DNA of 64,000 nt from Patescibacteria group bacterium (GTDB lineage: Bacteria > Patescibacteriota > Patescibacteriia > Magasanikbacterales > GWA2-37-8), in assembly GCA_041651015.1 (NCBI GenBank), contig JBAZKA010000003.1, positions 117,755-181,754 of the forward strand, read 5' to 3'. The notes beneath the pieces are model-generated. The model was not told the origin of the DNA. It did not search any database and saw only the letters and a list, made by a program, of their open reading frames with translations. A program made the position numbers and the translations under genes. Each line of letters begins with the position of its first letter. Within the stretch, counting starts at the first letter, position 1. This document shows positions 63,151 through 64,000 of this stretch, piece after piece.

Positions 63151-63725
63151 ATTTTTTTCTTTTTAAATATCCGGCAGAAATGATACTCGCCCACCGCTAC
63201 TTTGTCAAATGGTTCAAAACCGGCTTTGGCCGCGAGCTTCACAAATTCATCTTGATCAACCATTTGAATTTCTTGCGGACCGAGCGGGCCGACTTTTTTG
63301 ACCCAATCAACTACCGCGAGATAGCCGTCGGGTTTTATCAAACGCGCTGCTTCACCCAAAGCCCGGTCGCGATTTTTGAGCATAAAAAACACATTCATAA
63401 AAAATCCCGCGTCCAAACTTTCATCCGGAATAGCGGCCGCGCCAACAGACTCCACATCAGACCAAACAGTTTGAATGTTGGAAAAGCCCGCGGATAACGC
63501 CTGGCTCTTAATGCTCTCCAAAACGTCCTTCATGATGTCCACGGCGTAGACCACGCCTTTCTCACCGACCAAGGGAGAGAGTAAATACACCACATGCCCG
63601 GTGCGTCCACAGCCAAAATCAGCCACGCGCGCGCCGGCATTGATTTGGATTTTATCAAGAATTTTGCTTGGATCAATTAACGCCGTCCCCGAATGAGTCA
63701 TATTAACGAATAAATAATTTTCCAA
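63147..63725 (-). CDS. Class I SAM-dependent methyltransferase
   Basis: ARVADFGCGRTGHVVYL motif I and AVDIMKD motif II. Confidence 0.7.
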   Translation of the reverse strand: MENYLFVNMTHSGTALIDPSKILDKIQINAGARVADFGCGRTGHVVYLLSPLVGEKGVVYAVDIMKDVLESIKSQALSAGFSNIQTVWSDVESVGAAAIPDESLDAGFFMNVFFMLKNRDRALGEAARLIKPDGYLAVVDWVKKVGPLGPQEIQMVDQDEFVKLAAKAGFEPFDKVAVGEYHFCRIFKKKKI

Positions 63726-63948
63726 TGGTTCCCATTACAAACGATTGTATCATATCGGTCGCGACCAGCATGCCGAAAAAAATGAAAGCAATTCCGATAA
63801 GCTTGTACATCAAACGACTACCGCCGGATGTGCCCATGTGTTCCTCGGCCCAAGAGATTGAACCGAAATTTAGATAAAACCATTCAGCTTTAAATACCAA
63901 AAGCGTACCGGCCGCCATCATAAGTATTCCGATAATGATATGCCCCAT
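63703..63948 (-). CDS. Small two-TM membrane protein
   Basis: 81 aa. Overlaps the MTase start by 23 nt. Confidence 0.35.
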   Translation of the reverse strand: MGHIIIGILMMAAGTLLVFKAEWFYLNFGSISWAEEHMGTSGGSRLMYKLIGIAFIFFGMLVATDMIQSFVMGTIGKLFIR

Positions 63949-64000
63949 AAATAATGATTAATTACAGATGTGTTTATTATAACACAAAAACGGGGACAAA

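Noticed and set aside
1-64000. rRNA genes, CRISPR arrays, transposases and integrases
   Set aside because: No 16S/23S/5S-like conserved blocks and no short regular repeat-spacer arrays. No DDE or tyrosine/serine recombinase motifs were recognised in any frame examined. The mobile signatures found here are all non-autonomous (repeats, att-like duplications).

Overview
This window reads as a 64 kb chromosomal stretch from a small-genome, fermentative, CPR/Patescibacteria-like bacterium. That assignment is inference from gene content: an archaeal-type alpha2 GlyRS, SecDF/SecA, a PFOR alpha/beta pair, ADP-forming acetyl-CoA synthetase, an [FeFe]-hydrogenase with a NuoF-like subunit, and many small transmembrane ORFans. 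Most housekeeping genes lie on the minus strand. They include the rpmG / tRNA-Trp / tRNA-Tyr / tRNA-Thr x2 cluster, tpiA, frr, holB, mreB, a GT2/DUF4012 envelope unit, dnaX, secDF, secA, rplJL and ndk. Two ribosomal protein genes below the 60-aa ORF cutoff were recovered by hand: rpmG (243-407, minus) and rpmB (59717-59896, plus). Several accessory islets sit among these genes. (1) An AT-rich two-gene operon, unknown 345-aa protein plus ADP-ribosylglycohydrolase, lies next to a RhuM x2 / Mug-like UDG islet. The islet is bracketed by ~135-bp direct repeats of the mreB 3' end, which is integration-site-like. (2) A tandem array of tRNA-Gln-derived pseudo-copies with GC-rich inserts sits upstream of an intact tRNA-Gln(CUG). 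It is followed by 72-84-bp tandem repeats and an AT-rich islet encoding an NYN nuclease. (3) A GC-rich, RPE-like GTCATTCC...GGAATCC repeat family is inserted in frame into two glycosyltransferases and into the dus 3' end. (4) A type II R-M pair (MvaI/BcnI-like REase plus beta-class MTase) and a GIY-YIG mini-ORF are wedged into the por/hyd region. (5) A FtsK/HerA-superfamily membrane ATPase has a paralog that carries only the N-terminal domain. (6) A GC-rich cluster of four ORFans has a repeated 5' palindromic element. Other observations: SecD with an embedded parvulin PPIase domain; an almost identical promoter cassette reused at three loci plus a similar sigma70-like promoter at rpmB (59633-59661), the 55040 and 59592 copies carrying the CCCCGCAGA hairpin; and a TTCGTAT x3 phased intergenic motif at five sites. 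No rRNA and no CRISPR array were seen.
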